From: Paramoeba atlantica | Taxonomy: Eukaryota; Protista; Discosea | Length of the DNA: 64,000 nt | Assembly (NCBI GenBank): GCA_977017575.1 | Contig: CDRNVI010000030.1 | Span: forward strand, 558,001-622,000 | Direction of reading: 5' to 3' | Part shown: positions 37,301-48,653 of the stretch, piece by piece | Position numbering within the stretch: the stretch's first letter is position 1 | Layout of the letters: the number at the start of each line of letters is the position of its first letter | Notes under the pieces: model-generated | Database searches by the model: none | Seen by the model: the letters and a program-made list of their open reading frames with translations, nothing else | What the model was told of the DNA's origin: nothing | Position numbers and translations under genes: made by a program

Positions 37301-40300
37301 AAGACCATCGTTTTTTGTAAGACCATCGTTTTTTGCAAGACCATCGTTTTTTGTAAGACCATCGTTTTTTGTAAGACCATCGTTTTTTGTAAGACCATCG
37401 TTTTTTGTAAGACCATCGTTTTTTGTAAGACCATCGTTTTTGCTGCCTCTTCTAAAGTTATACCCAAGTCTGAAATACATGCTTCGCTTGGAGAAGGACG
37501 TCTCGAATTAGATTTATTTCTCCATTGCACCAGGTCTCGATAGTTCGGAGAATGTCTCAGCATGTGTCCGGCAAGTTTGGTTCTCTGAACTTTGTGAATA
37601 GCGGAAAATCGTGATGTATTTACTTAGAGAGAGTCTGTAGGATAAGTTTTTAAGACCATCGTTTTTTGTAAGACCATCGTTTTTTGTAAGACCATCGTTT
37701 TTTGTAAGACCATCGTTTTTTGTAAGACCATCGTTTTTTGTAAGACCATCGTTTTTTGTAAGACCATCGTTTTTTGTAAGACCATCGTTTTTTGTAAGAC
37801 CATCGTTTTTTGTAAGACCATCGTTTTTTGTAAGACCATCGTTTTTTGTAAGACCATCGTTTTTTGTAAGACCATCGTTTTTTGCAAGACCATCGTTTTT
37901 TGTAAGACCATCGTTTTTTGTAAGACCATCGTTTTTTGTAAGACCATCGTTTTTTGTAAGACCATCGTTTTTTGTAAGACCATCGTTTTTTGTAAGACCA
38001 TCGTTTTTTGTAAGACCATCGTTTTTTGTAAGACCATCGTTTTTTGTAAGACCATCGTTTTTTGTAAGACCATCGTTTTTTGTAAGACCATCGTTTTTGC
38101 TGCCTCTTCTAAAGTTATACCCAAGTCTGAAATACATGCTTCGCTTGGAGAAGGACGTCTCGAATTAGATTTATTTCTCCATTGCACCAGGTCTCGATAG
38201 TTCGGAGAATGTCTCAGCATGTGTCCGGCAAGTTTGGCTCTCTGAACTTTGTGAATAGTGGAAAATCGTGATGTATTTACTTAGAGAGAGTCTGTAGGAT
38301 AAGTTTTTAAGACCATCGTTTTTTGTAAGACCATCGTTTTTTGTAAGACCATCGTTTTTTGTAAGACCATCGTTTTTTGTAAGACCATCGTTTTTTGTAA
38401 GACCATCGTTTTTTGTAAGACCATCGTTTTTTGTAAGACCATCGTTTTTTGTAAGACCATCGTTTTTTGTAAGACCATCGTTTTTTGTAAGACCATCGTT
38501 TTTTGTAAGACCATCGTTTTTTGTAAGACCATCGTTTTTTGTAAGACCATCGTTTTTTGTAAGACCATCGTTTTTGCTGCCTCTTCTAAAGTTATACCCA
38601 AGTCTGAAATACATGCTTCGCTTGGAGAAGGACGTCTCGAATTAGATTTATTTCTCCATTGCACCAGCTCTCGATAGTTCGGAGAATGTCTCAGCATGTG
38701 TCCGGCAAGTTTGGCTCTCTGAACTTTGTGAATAGTGGAAAATCGTGATGTATTTACTTAGAGAGAGTCTGTAGGATAAGTTTTTAAGACCATCGTTTTT
38801 TGTAAGACCATCGTTTTTTGTAAGACCATCGTTTTTTGTAAGACCATCGTTTTTTGTAAGACCATCGTTTTTTGTAAGACCATCGTTTTTTGTAAGACCA
38901 TCGTTTTTTGTAAGACCATCGTTTTTTGTAAGACCATCGTTTTTTGTAAGACCATCGTTTTTTGTAAGACCATCGTTTTTTGTAAGACCATCGTTTTTTG
39001 TAAGACCATCGTTTTTTGTAAGACCATCGTTTTTTGTAAGACCATCGTTTTTTGCAAGACCATCGTTTTTTGTAAGACCATCGTTTTTTGTAAGACCATC
39101 GTTTTTTGTAAGACCATCGTTTTTTGTAAGACCATCGTTTTTTGTAAGACCATCGTTTTTGCTGCCTCTTCTAAAGTTATACCCAAGTCTGAAATACATG
39201 CTTCGCTTGGAGAAGGACGTCTCGAATTAGATTTATTTCTCCATTGCACCAGGTCTCGATAGTTCGGAGAATGTCTCAGCATGTGTCCGGCAAGTTTGGT
39301 TCTCTGAACTTTGTGAATAGCGGAAAATCGTGATGTATTTACTTAGAGAGAGTCTGTAGGATAAGTTTTTAAGACCATCGTTTTTTGTAAGACCATCGTT
39401 TTTTGTAAGACCATCGTTTTTTGTAAGACCATCGTTTTTTGTAAGACCATCGTTTTTTGTAAGACCATCGTTTTTTGTAAGACCATCGTTTTTTGTAAGA
39501 CCATCGTTTTTTGTAAGACCATCGTTTTTTGTAAGACCATCGTTTTTTGTAAGACCATCGTTTTTTGTAAGACCATCGTTTTTTGTAAGACCATCGTTTT
39601 TTGTAAGACCATCGTTTTTTGTAAGACCATCGTTTTTTGTAAGACCATCGTTTTTTGTAAGACCATCGTTTTTTGTAAGACCATCGTTTTTTGCAAGACC
39701 ATCGTTTTTTGTAAGACTATCGTTTTTTGTAAGACCATCGTTTTTTGTAAGACCATCGTTTTTTGTAAGACCATCGTTTTTTGTAAGACCATCGTTTTTT
39801 GTAAGACCATCGTTTTTTGTAAGACCATCGTTTTTTGTAAGACCATCGTTTTTTGTAAGACCATCGTTTTTTGTAAGACCATCGTTTTTTGTAAGACCAT
39901 CGTTTTTTGTAAGACCATCGTTTTTGCTGCCTCTTCTAAAGTTATACCCAAGTCTGAAATACATGCTTCGCTTGGAGAAGGACGTCTCGAATTAGATTTA
40001 TTTCCCCATTGCACCAGGTCTCGATAGTTCGGAGAATGTCTCAGCATGTGTCCGGCAAGTTTGGCTCTCTGAACTTTGTGAATAGTGGAAAATCGTGATG
40101 TATTTACTTAGAGAGAGTCTGTAGGATAAGTTTTTAAGACCATCGTTTTTTGTAAGACCATCGTTTTTTGTAAGACCATCGTTTTTTGTAAGACCATCGT
40201 TTTTTGTAAGACCATCGTTTTTTGTAAGACCATCGTTTTTTGTAAGACCATCGTTTTTTGTAAGACCATCGTTTTTTGTAAGACCATCGTTTTTTGTAAG

Positions 40301-40714
40301 ACCATCGTTTTTTGTAAGACCATCGTTTTTTGTAAGACCATCGTTTTTTGTAAGACCATCGTTTTTTGTAAGACCATCGTTTTTTGTAAGACCATCGTTT
40401 TTTGTAAGACCATCGTTTTTTGTAAGACCATCGTTTTTTGTAAGACCATCGTTTTTTGTAAGACCATCGTTTTTTGTAAGACCATCGTTTTTTGTAAGAC
40501 CATCGTTTTTGCTGCCTCTTCTAAAGTTATACCCAAGTCTGAAATACATGCTTCGCTTGGAGAAGGACGTCTCGAATTAGATTTATTTCTCCATTGCACC
40601 AGCTCTCGATAGTTCGGAGAATGTCTCAGCATGTGTCCGGCAAGTTTGGCTCTCTGAACTTTGTGAATAGTGGAAAATCGTGATGTATTTACTTAGAGAG
40701 AGTCTGTAGGATAA
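28345..40714. repeat. 12.4-kb higher-order array: 21x 202-bp LINE-C segment alternating with 20 blocks of (TAAGACCATCGTTTTTTG)n
   Basis: Every period = 207+18n with n = 15,31,7,34,8,25,9,28,49,10,38,30,17,10,22,25,15,21,31,21 (sum 446). LINE-C continues collinearly on both sides. Confidence 0.97.
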
Positions 40715-41254
40715 CAAAAACCATACTCGTCCAATTTGTTGCACTGAGATGCAATTCTTCTCATCGTATTAATTTCGTCATCAATCGAACACAACATTTT
40801 TTGAGAAATGTGCAATGCGCCTGAACCGAAGTTCAGAATAGGGTATATAAGCACGTCGTATAGTCTGAGTTTAATATGAGAGCTTAAAGATGAAATCCAT
40901 ATTCCTCGCATGCTGGCAAATGAGGTACAAGCAAGTTTCAAACGATCTTTGTTTGTAGATGATGTTTCATTGTCTTGAAGATGCCCTAGATGTCGATACG
41001 AATCTACTCTAGGTGCCGTTTCCAGTTCTTTTGTCTGGAGATTCTTATTTGAGCCGGCAACCTTACCGAAAGAGATAAGGTTTGTGTATGCGTTTTTTGT
41101 AACACCTACAGCTATCTTTAGGTTCGCCAAGGAAGCATCCTGTGACGTTTCGTCAATCATTTCCTGGAGACCTTCCTTTGTATCACTGAACAATGCAATG
41201 TCATCTGCAAGATCAATATCAGAAATTCGTTTTTCCTGTAGGTTCCGTTTTCTT
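40715..41254 (-). pseudogene. LINE-C RT segment continuing upstream of the array
   Basis: ORF 40693-41274 is nearly identical to 22758-23339. Confidence 0.9.
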
Positions 41255-41870
41255 TTCCAAAAAATCCAAGTCATTCCGGATTGCTCCGGATGGTCACTGG
41301 CAAGCCAGACCCTTCACAGACAGATTTGGAAGTTCCGAGGCCGACGTCCTCTACCAGTTTCCGCTTGTCCAAGGCGGCACCAACGTGCTGTTGCCAACAC
41401 GATGCGTCGACGAACGCAATATTCCTGGCGGCCTCACTCTAAGAGGCTGGGTGGAGAACCGACTAGGCCCAGTACTCGGAGGACCGTCCCAGACCCTCCC
41501 CTCAGGGAACCAGCTCCCTTACCCGGCTCACACCTCTTGGGTAAGCCGTGTTGGCGTACAATTCGTCGACGCAGCGTGTTGGCAACAGCACGTTGGTGCC
41601 GCCTTGGGCAAGCGGAAACTGGTAGAGGACGTCGGTCTCGGAACTTCCAAATCTGTCTGTGAAGGGTCTGGCTTGCCAGTGACCATCCGGAGCAATCCGG
41701 AATGATTTGGATTTTTTTTTTGGAGTACTGGGCCTAGTCGGTTCTCTACCCAGCCTCTTAGAGTGAGGCCGCCGGGAATATTGCGATGAGCGGGTTTAAA
41801 CGCTCCGTCTGAGCACCATGTGCTTCAAACCTTGAATTCTTGCCACTCCGCCACCTCCGCTTGGTGGCGC
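41255..41870. mobile_element. SINE-in-SINE inverted composite with a ~139-bp central deletion
   Basis: Same outer TSD and structure as 11983-12737; novel junction at 41415/41416. Confidence 0.88.
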
Positions 41871-41896
41871 TCCGTTTTCTTGTCCCGCTTGAACTC

Positions 41897-44800
41897 CATC
41901 GTTTTTTGTAATCTAATTATAAAAACATGGCGGATGCTTCCGGCACGTGTAAGGGGACAGAGGTTTTTGAAACCCTTACACGGACCAAGCGTGGTCGGGG
42001 GGTCATCTTTCGTTCACCCGAGCGAGAGGGGCCTGCTAAACTCCTCCAGAGAGCGGTGCGGGCGCTCTGTAAGTTTGTCCGCGTTGGGGCTCATCTTCGC
42101 GTCGCGTGGAGACACGACAACTGCTGCGACACTTTGTTTGTTTGGGAGGGCGAGGTCGTGTGTGAGGGGCCGGCTTATCTGAAAAGCGTAGGCTGGCATA
42201 CTCAGGGGGGATCCTCGGTAACTCGAGGTGAACCTTTGTCCGGTACATTTCGTGTTCGGTACGTGGCGAGGCCGCACACGACTCTCCCCTTTCCCCCCTT
42301 ACTGAATACAGGTGTCGTGCTCTGCGCGGTGCAGGTGAGTAACCCGGCAAAGGCGAAACGAAGGAGCTCCCGTCACCGCCCTCGGTCACACTGGGCGTCG
42401 CGTGGTACACACGCCCAACGAGATTCGGAGAACCTCAAAGGTTCCGCTGTGAAGGAGAACACCACCGTTGCAACGCTTAACGTTACGACGTTAAAACTCG
42501 AGGGGGAAGATGAATTCTCTCTTCGAAGATACACCCGTTTGAACGAGGTGCTTGCTTTCATGCAGGTAAGGGGGGTTGTTGTCATGTGCCTTCAGGAGAC
42601 CAGGTACAATTTCTCGAAGGAAGGACATGAGGATGGAATCCTCTACAGGCAGGTTGAAAACCTAGGGGAGAGGTTTCACCTGTATTTGCAGTCGGCCGCC
42701 GCACGCGATTCATATAATGGCGTGGCCATAGTGAGCCGGCATGCGTTTCGGAAGGTTTGGATGGTGAGCAACAGGGTGATGGGAGCTGTCTATCCCCTGG
42801 AGGAGGGGACCGGCACTTTGTTCAATGTCTATGCCCCAATACGGGACTCCTCAGAAGCCGTTCATGCGGCATTTCTGGGTGACTTGGACAAGGCGTGTCG
42901 TGAGGTCAAGGCTGAACGGAAACGAAGACCTTTATTGGTCATGGGGGATTTCAATGCACCGATAACGCTCGTGACGAATCCGAGCATGGATCCCCCAGCG
43001 GTCTCTCAGCTGAAAGGCCTCTTGTGCCCCATTGGCTGTAAGTCAGCACACACCCTCTGCCCGAGCAAGAGGAAATGGACATGTGAGCTGCCGGGCAGGA
43101 GGGCGGAGACAAAGGACCGTCGCAACGTAGGAACAGAGAAGGTGGGGCAGAAGGGGGAAGAAGGAAAGGTGGAAATGGGAAGGAAAGGATCAGAGCCAGA
43201 GGGGACGGATAACAACGGTATGGTGAAGAGGGGAAGGGAAGGAGAGGAAAATGGGGACAAGGCCTGCGAGTACATGCACGTAAAAGGGGAGGTCGGCAAA
43301 AAGGGAGGTAGCAAAAGGCGTGGGGACAACAAGGTGCGGAGACAGCTTGACCACATCATGGTCAGTGAGCGCTTTGCCTCCAGCATTAGGAGGCACAAAG
43401 TACTCAAGGCGCCAGTGCCTACAGTACACTGCGTCGTTATGGCGGATGTGAAAATCAAGTGGCGCTCTAAAGGTACAGGTGGGCAAAGCAAGGTACCCTG
43501 GCCAAGACTTGGAGATGAAGAGAAGAAGGCATCCTTCCAGCAAGCAGTGTGGGAAATGGCGAAGAAAGAGGAAGAGATCACATGGGAATACTTATCGGAA
43601 AATATGGTACACACAGCGCAAAGACTCTCAAAAAAGGACCGAACCCCAAAAACGACCAACGCTCCTACAGGGACAGAAAACACACCACCGGGTACAGAAA
43701 CACCGCGCATCTCAGGGTTTCGCGACTTATTTCTTCAGAGTCGAAAACCGGACCACTTCAAGGAAGTGCTAAAAGAGCACGGAGAAGAAATTGAGGCGCA
43801 GATTGGGCAGGAATGCGCCGAAATTGAAGCAGGTCTGCGGCGAAACCGTTCTAATCCGTGGCGTACGCTACGTAGAATTTGCGGTTTGTACAGGGAGACT
43901 CTTTGCATCGAGACCTCGTCGACAAGGGAAACTCTTAACATTGTTAAAGATTTCTTTGCTCGTATGGGGTCCGATGATCGCGGAGATAAAGATATAAAAT
44001 TTGACAAAGTAGTCAGCCCGAAAGTACCAATCAACGATGAAAGTTTCACTGTAGAAGAGCTCGAGGGCGGCATCAGTAGACTAGCGCGCAACAAGGCACA
44101 TGGAATAGACCAAATTCCGGAGCAGGCACTCAGAATGATCACAGAACATGCTGAGCTGAGAAAATCCTTATTACATATTATAAACGAGGTTCATCGAACA
44201 GGGGTTTCGCCTGCGTCCTGGAAAATTGTCCTTCAGGTGCCTATTCCAAAAAAAGGCGACCTGACACAAATAGCGAATTGGCGGCCAATCTGTCTCGTGA
44301 ACAGTGCGGTTAAATTGATGAATGCAATGATCCTGAAAAGAATCAGACCATCCATCGAGCCGCTCCTTCGCGACAGTCAATTTGGTTTTCGGCCAGAAAG
44401 GTCCACGGCAGGGGCGCAAATCATTTTGAATGATGCAAGAGTTCGTGCGACCAGGGGCAAGAAAGGCATTGCAGTGGCATTCATGGACTTCGCAAAAGCA
44501 TTTCCCTCGGTATCGTTTCATGCCATCCGTGCTGCATTGAATGCCTTTCATGTCGGACCCGCGCTTACTAGGATGGTAATGTCCTTGTACTCGAATTTAA
44601 AAGGAATAGTCCGCACACCATACGGAAATACGGATTCTTTTCCCATTGAAACAGGAATTCTTCAAGGGGACGTGCTTGCTCCTTATCTCTTTGTGCTTGT
44701 AATCGATAGGATTCTCAACAAAGCACTCGATAACAAGCCGCTCGGGATTCTTCTAAGGAGCAGCGGGACGAAAAGCAGGGGAATTCAAGAATTTAGACTA

Positions 44801-46571
44801 AAAGACATCGACTACGCAGACGACATAGCACTTTTAGCTTCCACGAAACATGAAATATCGCAAATGATCGAAGCTACGGCAAATGAGGCAAAACCAGCTA
44901 ATCTGAGGATTGCCGTGGGGAAAACCAAGACTGCGTGGATGGCCTTTGGGAAAGTTCCGGGGGGGACGCGAGAACTTCGAGAAGGATCGCTTGGCAAGAT
45001 TCCTCTTGTGGATTCCTACCGGCATCTTGGTCATCTCCAAGATGCTACAGCATCATCCCCCATCAAGGACAGGCTAAGGCTCACATGGGCAGCATTTCGT
45101 AAACTCAGTGGCATTTGGGCTTCTCCTCTGAGTGCTGCCACGAAAATACGCCTGTTTGACTGCTTGATCTACCCTATTTTAACGTTTGGTGCAGCCTGTC
45201 TTTCTCTTTCTAACAAAATGCTTCGAAAAACGGAGGTTGAGGTAAATATGATGAGGAGATTCGCTTGTAACTCAGCAAAGCTTGACGATTTCGGACACTG
45301 CTACCCATTAGAGTCCTTGTATTGTGGTACGCCTCGATTTTCGACCGTGCATCGTGTTGCCCGTGCGAAAATCGTTGGCCACATGCTCAGGCACTCCTCT
45401 ACGTTTCGCGAGCTCGTTCAATGGAATAGCACGGAAAAAACAAGAAATATTTCTCCTAGCGAAGCAAGTTTTAATGATCTAGGGGTCACTCTGGAGCAGG
45501 CGCTTGTTTACTCGCAGGATCGGATACACTGGCAAAAGCTATGCGATGAGCTCAGGCAGGAACTTGAACCACTTCCGATGTATGAGGTATTAAGGTCTCC
45601 AAGGTGGAAAACTAAACACACTCAAGCGGTCAAAAGCAAAAGCTCTTATGAGCTACAATTTGTGGAGGAAGGCTCGGATCCGTTCCCCATGAGTGAGGGT
45701 GAGGTTCATATGTATATTGATGGCTCTGTTCGGCAGTTGCGGGGGTCCAAGGAACAAAGATCCGGTGCGGGAATAGTTCTGAGAATGAGTGGAACAGAAG
45801 ACAAATACTATTCCATAGCATTGGATGCTGGCTCAGCTGAGAGAGCTGAGGTTGAATCGCTGAGGGAAGCGCTGGAAAGGATACCTAATGAGGCTCAAAC
45901 AGTTGTCATACACACCGATTCGTTCTATGTATGGAATTTCTTCCATCATACTCGTCTACGACGGCGAATCATTGGGTATAACAATCTACCGAATGGGGGT
46001 ATCCTTGAGAAATTGGATCGGGAAATTCGAACGCTCCAATCGATGGATAAAAGGTGTTACGTGTGCAAAGTGAAATCCCACAACGGGAACATTTACAATG
46101 AGAAGGCAGACACCTTGGCGCTTGCAGGGTCGAGAAAAATAGTCCCAGCCTCAGAAATAAAGAGGAAGAAATAAATAAAGAGGAGAAAGACTGCGACAAG
46201 TGCCTCAGAAGCTCAAAGGGTTAGCTCAGAAACCGTTCAAACCATGAATCGTCCTCGGAAACACTGTGGCCAAATACCTAAGCCATTAGGGAAAAGACGG
46301 GATTACTTCAAGATTGCAGAAGGTGATCCTCTCTCCAAAAAGGGTACCTCGCCACCTGTAGAGACTGGAGTGGATTCTCCTGAAAAGAAAGAGTGTTTGC
46401 CTGAGGAATGTGATGCCAAAAATACAAAGTTGCATGAAAGACGTACCACGCCCGGTTCAGCGGACAAGGAGCATGAAAGGGCGAATTCACATGAGAGAAA
46501 GACGTCGAAGCGACGACAAAAACGGATGTGTTCTTAACCGATGCAAATCGGTCTTATAGGATAGGATAGGA
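41897..46571 (+). mobile_element. LINE-A3, near full length, inserted antisense into LINE-C
   Basis: 8-bp TSD TTGAACTC (41889-41896, 46572-46579). 5' end is a partial 18-mer (CATCGTTTTTTG); 3' hairpin + (GGATA)n. Confidence 0.95.
41927..46174 (+). CDS. 1415-aa retrotransposon polyprotein: N-terminal domain, APE endonuclease, reverse transcriptase, RNase H
   Basis: Uninterrupted ORF with LQET, GDFNA, LDHI, YADD and DGS/AE/TDS/NEKAD motifs. A short duplication creates a stop that removes the ~110-aa basic tail seen in A1. Confidence 0.93.
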   Translation: MADASGTCKGTEVFETLTRTKRGRGVIFRSPEREGPAKLLQRAVRALCKFVRVGAHLRVAWRHDNCCDTLFVWEGEVVCEGPAYLKSVGWHTQGGSSVTRGEPLSGTFRVRYVARPHTTLPFPPLLNTGVVLCAVQVSNPAKAKRRSSRHRPRSHWASRGTHAQRDSENLKGSAVKENTTVATLNVTTLKLEGEDEFSLRRYTRLNEVLAFMQVRGVVVMCLQETRYNFSKEGHEDGILYRQVENLGERFHLYLQSAAARDSYNGVAIVSRHAFRKVWMVSNRVMGAVYPLEEGTGTLFNVYAPIRDSSEAVHAAFLGDLDKACREVKAERKRRPLLVMGDFNAPITLVTNPSMDPPAVSQLKGLLCPIGCKSAHTLCPSKRKWTCELPGRRAETKDRRNVGTEKVGQKGEEGKVEMGRKGSEPEGTDNNGMVKRGREGEENGDKACEYMHVKGEVGKKGGSKRRGDNKVRRQLDHIMVSERFASSIRRHKVLKAPVPTVHCVVMADVKIKWRSKGTGGQSKVPWPRLGDEEKKASFQQAVWEMAKKEEEITWEYLSENMVHTAQRLSKKDRTPKTTNAPTGTENTPPGTETPRISGFRDLFLQSRKPDHFKEVLKEHGEEIEAQIGQECAEIEAGLRRNRSNPWRTLRRICGLYRETLCIETSSTRETLNIVKDFFARMGSDDRGDKDIKFDKVVSPKVPINDESFTVEELEGGISRLARNKAHGIDQIPEQALRMITEHAELRKSLLHIINEVHRTGVSPASWKIVLQVPIPKKGDLTQIANWRPICLVNSAVKLMNAMILKRIRPSIEPLLRDSQFGFRPERSTAGAQIILNDARVRATRGKKGIAVAFMDFAKAFPSVSFHAIRAALNAFHVGPALTRMVMSLYSNLKGIVRTPYGNTDSFPIETGILQGDVLAPYLFVLVIDRILNKALDNKPLGILLRSSGTKSRGIQEFRLKDIDYADDIALLASTKHEISQMIEATANEAKPANLRIAVGKTKTAWMAFGKVPGGTRELREGSLGKIPLVDSYRHLGHLQDATASSPIKDRLRLTWAAFRKLSGIWASPLSAATKIRLFDCLIYPILTFGAACLSLSNKMLRKTEVEVNMMRRFACNSAKLDDFGHCYPLESLYCGTPRFSTVHRVARAKIVGHMLRHSSTFRELVQWNSTEKTRNISPSEASFNDLGVTLEQALVYSQDRIHWQKLCDELRQELEPLPMYEVLRSPRWKTKHTQAVKSKSSYELQFVEEGSDPFPMSEGEVHMYIDGSVRQLRGSKEQRSGAGIVLRMSGTEDKYYSIALDAGSAERAEVESLREALERIPNEAQTVVIHTDSFYVWNFFHHTRLRRRIIGYNNLPNGGILEKLDREIRTLQSMDKRCYVCKVKSHNGNIYNEKADTLALAGSRKIVPASEIKRKK

Positions 46572-47269
46572 TTGAACTCAAAAGTAATCCGCGATTTTCC
46601 AGGTCCAGCGACTTATTAAGAATGCGATCCATAACCATCACGAAAAGGTAAGGGGCCAACAAATCCCCCTGAAGTATTCCTGTAGTTATCGGAGAAGAAT
46701 CTGTGATACCAAAGGGTGTGCGGACTACTCCTTTCAGATTTGAGTAAAATGACATGATCATTTCGGATAGACGACCTCCCGCGTGATATGCTTTCAGACT
46801 CGCTTTTATCGCAGCGAAAGATACAGATGGGAATGCTTTTGCGAAATCAATGAACGCTACACAAACACCTTTATTCGGAAATGCCTTGGACTTTATTTCA
46901 TTCATGATTGTTTGCGCACCAGCGGTAGATCTATTTTGACGAAAACCGTATTGATTGTCTCGAAGAAGTGGTTCAACGCTGGGGCGGATGCGAGTAAGAA
47001 TCATAAAATTAATCAGCTTGACTATACTGTTTACAAGGCAAATAGGGCGCCAGTTTGAAAGCTGCGATAAATCCCCTTTCTTTGGAATAGGTATTTGAAG
47101 AATGACTTTCCATGATGCTTCGGTAACGCCTGTTTCATGCACTTCATTGATTAGCTCCAGCAAAAAATCTCTAAAATCCTGATGTGTCGAAATTGCTTGT
47201 AAGGCCTCCATGTGAATACCGTCTCCCTCTGGGGCTCTATTCTTCCCGAAGTGCGAAAGCGAATAAAAG
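46572..47269 (-). pseudogene. LINE-C RT N-terminal half
   Basis: ORF 46534-47361 is nearly identical to 23599-24519. Confidence 0.88.
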
Positions 47270-48653
47270 AGCGAAATGCCGCCCAGGTTAGTCTTAAACG
47301 ATCCTTCAATGGCGAAGAAACACCTGAATCTTGAAGATTTCCCAGAGGAGGCTTGAGACACATCCTACACGATGAAACGGGGTGGACGCCCGTCCTGGTA
47401 GCTACGGTTGGGTAGCCGTGCTCGGGCCGCAAGGCGTCGAGTGCCGTCTGGGAAGGGGGTAGAAAGACAATGAAGGTCGGTGACCTGAGACTCTACCCTA
47501 ACGGTTGGCGCTGCAGAGCCATCCGTGTCTTCTTCTTCTTTTTCTTCTTCTATAGATATCTGGGAAATCTTCAAGATTCAGGTGTTTCTTCGCCATTGAA
47601 GGATCGTTTAAGACTAACCTGGGCGGCATTTCGCAAGCTGCGGGGTATTTGGGATTCACCTCTTAGCGTATCCACCAAATTGCGGCTGTTTGGCTGCCTT
47701 GTTTACCCTATCATGACGTTTGGGGCGGCATCACTTTCAGTTTCCAACAAACTGCTTCGTCAAACAGAGGTTGATCTTAATATGATGCGAAGGTTCTGTT
47801 GCAATTGCGCGAAACTCGATGAGTTTGGACACTGTTATACACTTGAATCGCTTTATCGCGGCACACCTCGGTTTTCTACCGTGCATCAGGTTAGTCGTGC
47901 AAAAATTGTGGGCCACATTCTGAGGCATTCGACTGCCTTTCGAGACCTCATACAGTGGAAATCCAGGGAGCAAAGAAGCTCTTGTTTACTCTAAGGATCG
48001 CGATCACTGGAGAAAACTGTGTGAGAATTTAAAAGCCACACTGGAGCCTCCTCCGGACTACGAGAGAATAAGTTCCCCCAGATGGAAAAGTCGCCATACC
48101 CAAGCCTTACAACAAGACACGCTTTATGATCCACAATTCGTCGAAGAAGGCTCAGACCTCTTTCTCGTCAAAGATTCGGACTTTGCGCGTGACCAACGAA
48201 AACAGAGCTGGTGCAGGACTTGTCGTGCGACGAAAATGGGTGAATGATCAAAATTTTTCCGAAGAGGAAGAAGACAACGAGCGCTAATACCTCTGAAACC
48301 ATAAACTCGCTACAAACACGGAAGATTATTCGCCCAAGAACTAATGTTGCAAAAAATTCTTCTAAACGCAACGAAACACATACTGCAAGTGATCTTGTGC
48401 CTAAAAATGGCAGCTCCCGTTCTGTAGAGCCCAGAGAGGAATCGTCTGCTGAAATTTCCACTTCATCCCTGAGTAATCAAGATATCGGTAAAGAAAACAG
48501 TTGTCAGGGTTCAAGAGAATTTGACAAAGTTGGGAACATTAAGAAAAAGGAGTCCCCTAAGAGAATGAAGCCGTCACGAGTTTTGAAACAGTAGTAAAGG
48601 GGGGGGGGCGGATATATATTACGCTTGCAGATATATATTACTTTTAAAATATT

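Noticed and set aside
28552-40512. Canonical telomeric repeat
   Set aside because: Neither strand is G-rich, and the same unit lies inside a TSD-bounded internal LINE. A telomere-like role cannot be tested from this window and is not claimed.
28415-40632. Repeat-protein ORFs (KNDGLT)n, (KTMVLQ)n, (FFVRPS)n
   Set aside because: They are translations of a stop-free 18-bp repeat. Each 202-bp spacer contains stops, and the LINE-C frame has a nonsense codon (TDSL*).
28345-40714. CRISPR array
   Set aside because: The long segments are identical rather than unique spacers, the short repeats are contiguous, there are no cas genes, and the context is eukaryotic.
28345-40714. Pure amplification artefact (rolling-circle/MDA concatemer)
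   Set aside because: Block lengths vary 7-49 in exact 18-bp steps, with position-clustered variants and a patterned SNP, which copying one circle would not give. Not fully excluded without reads.
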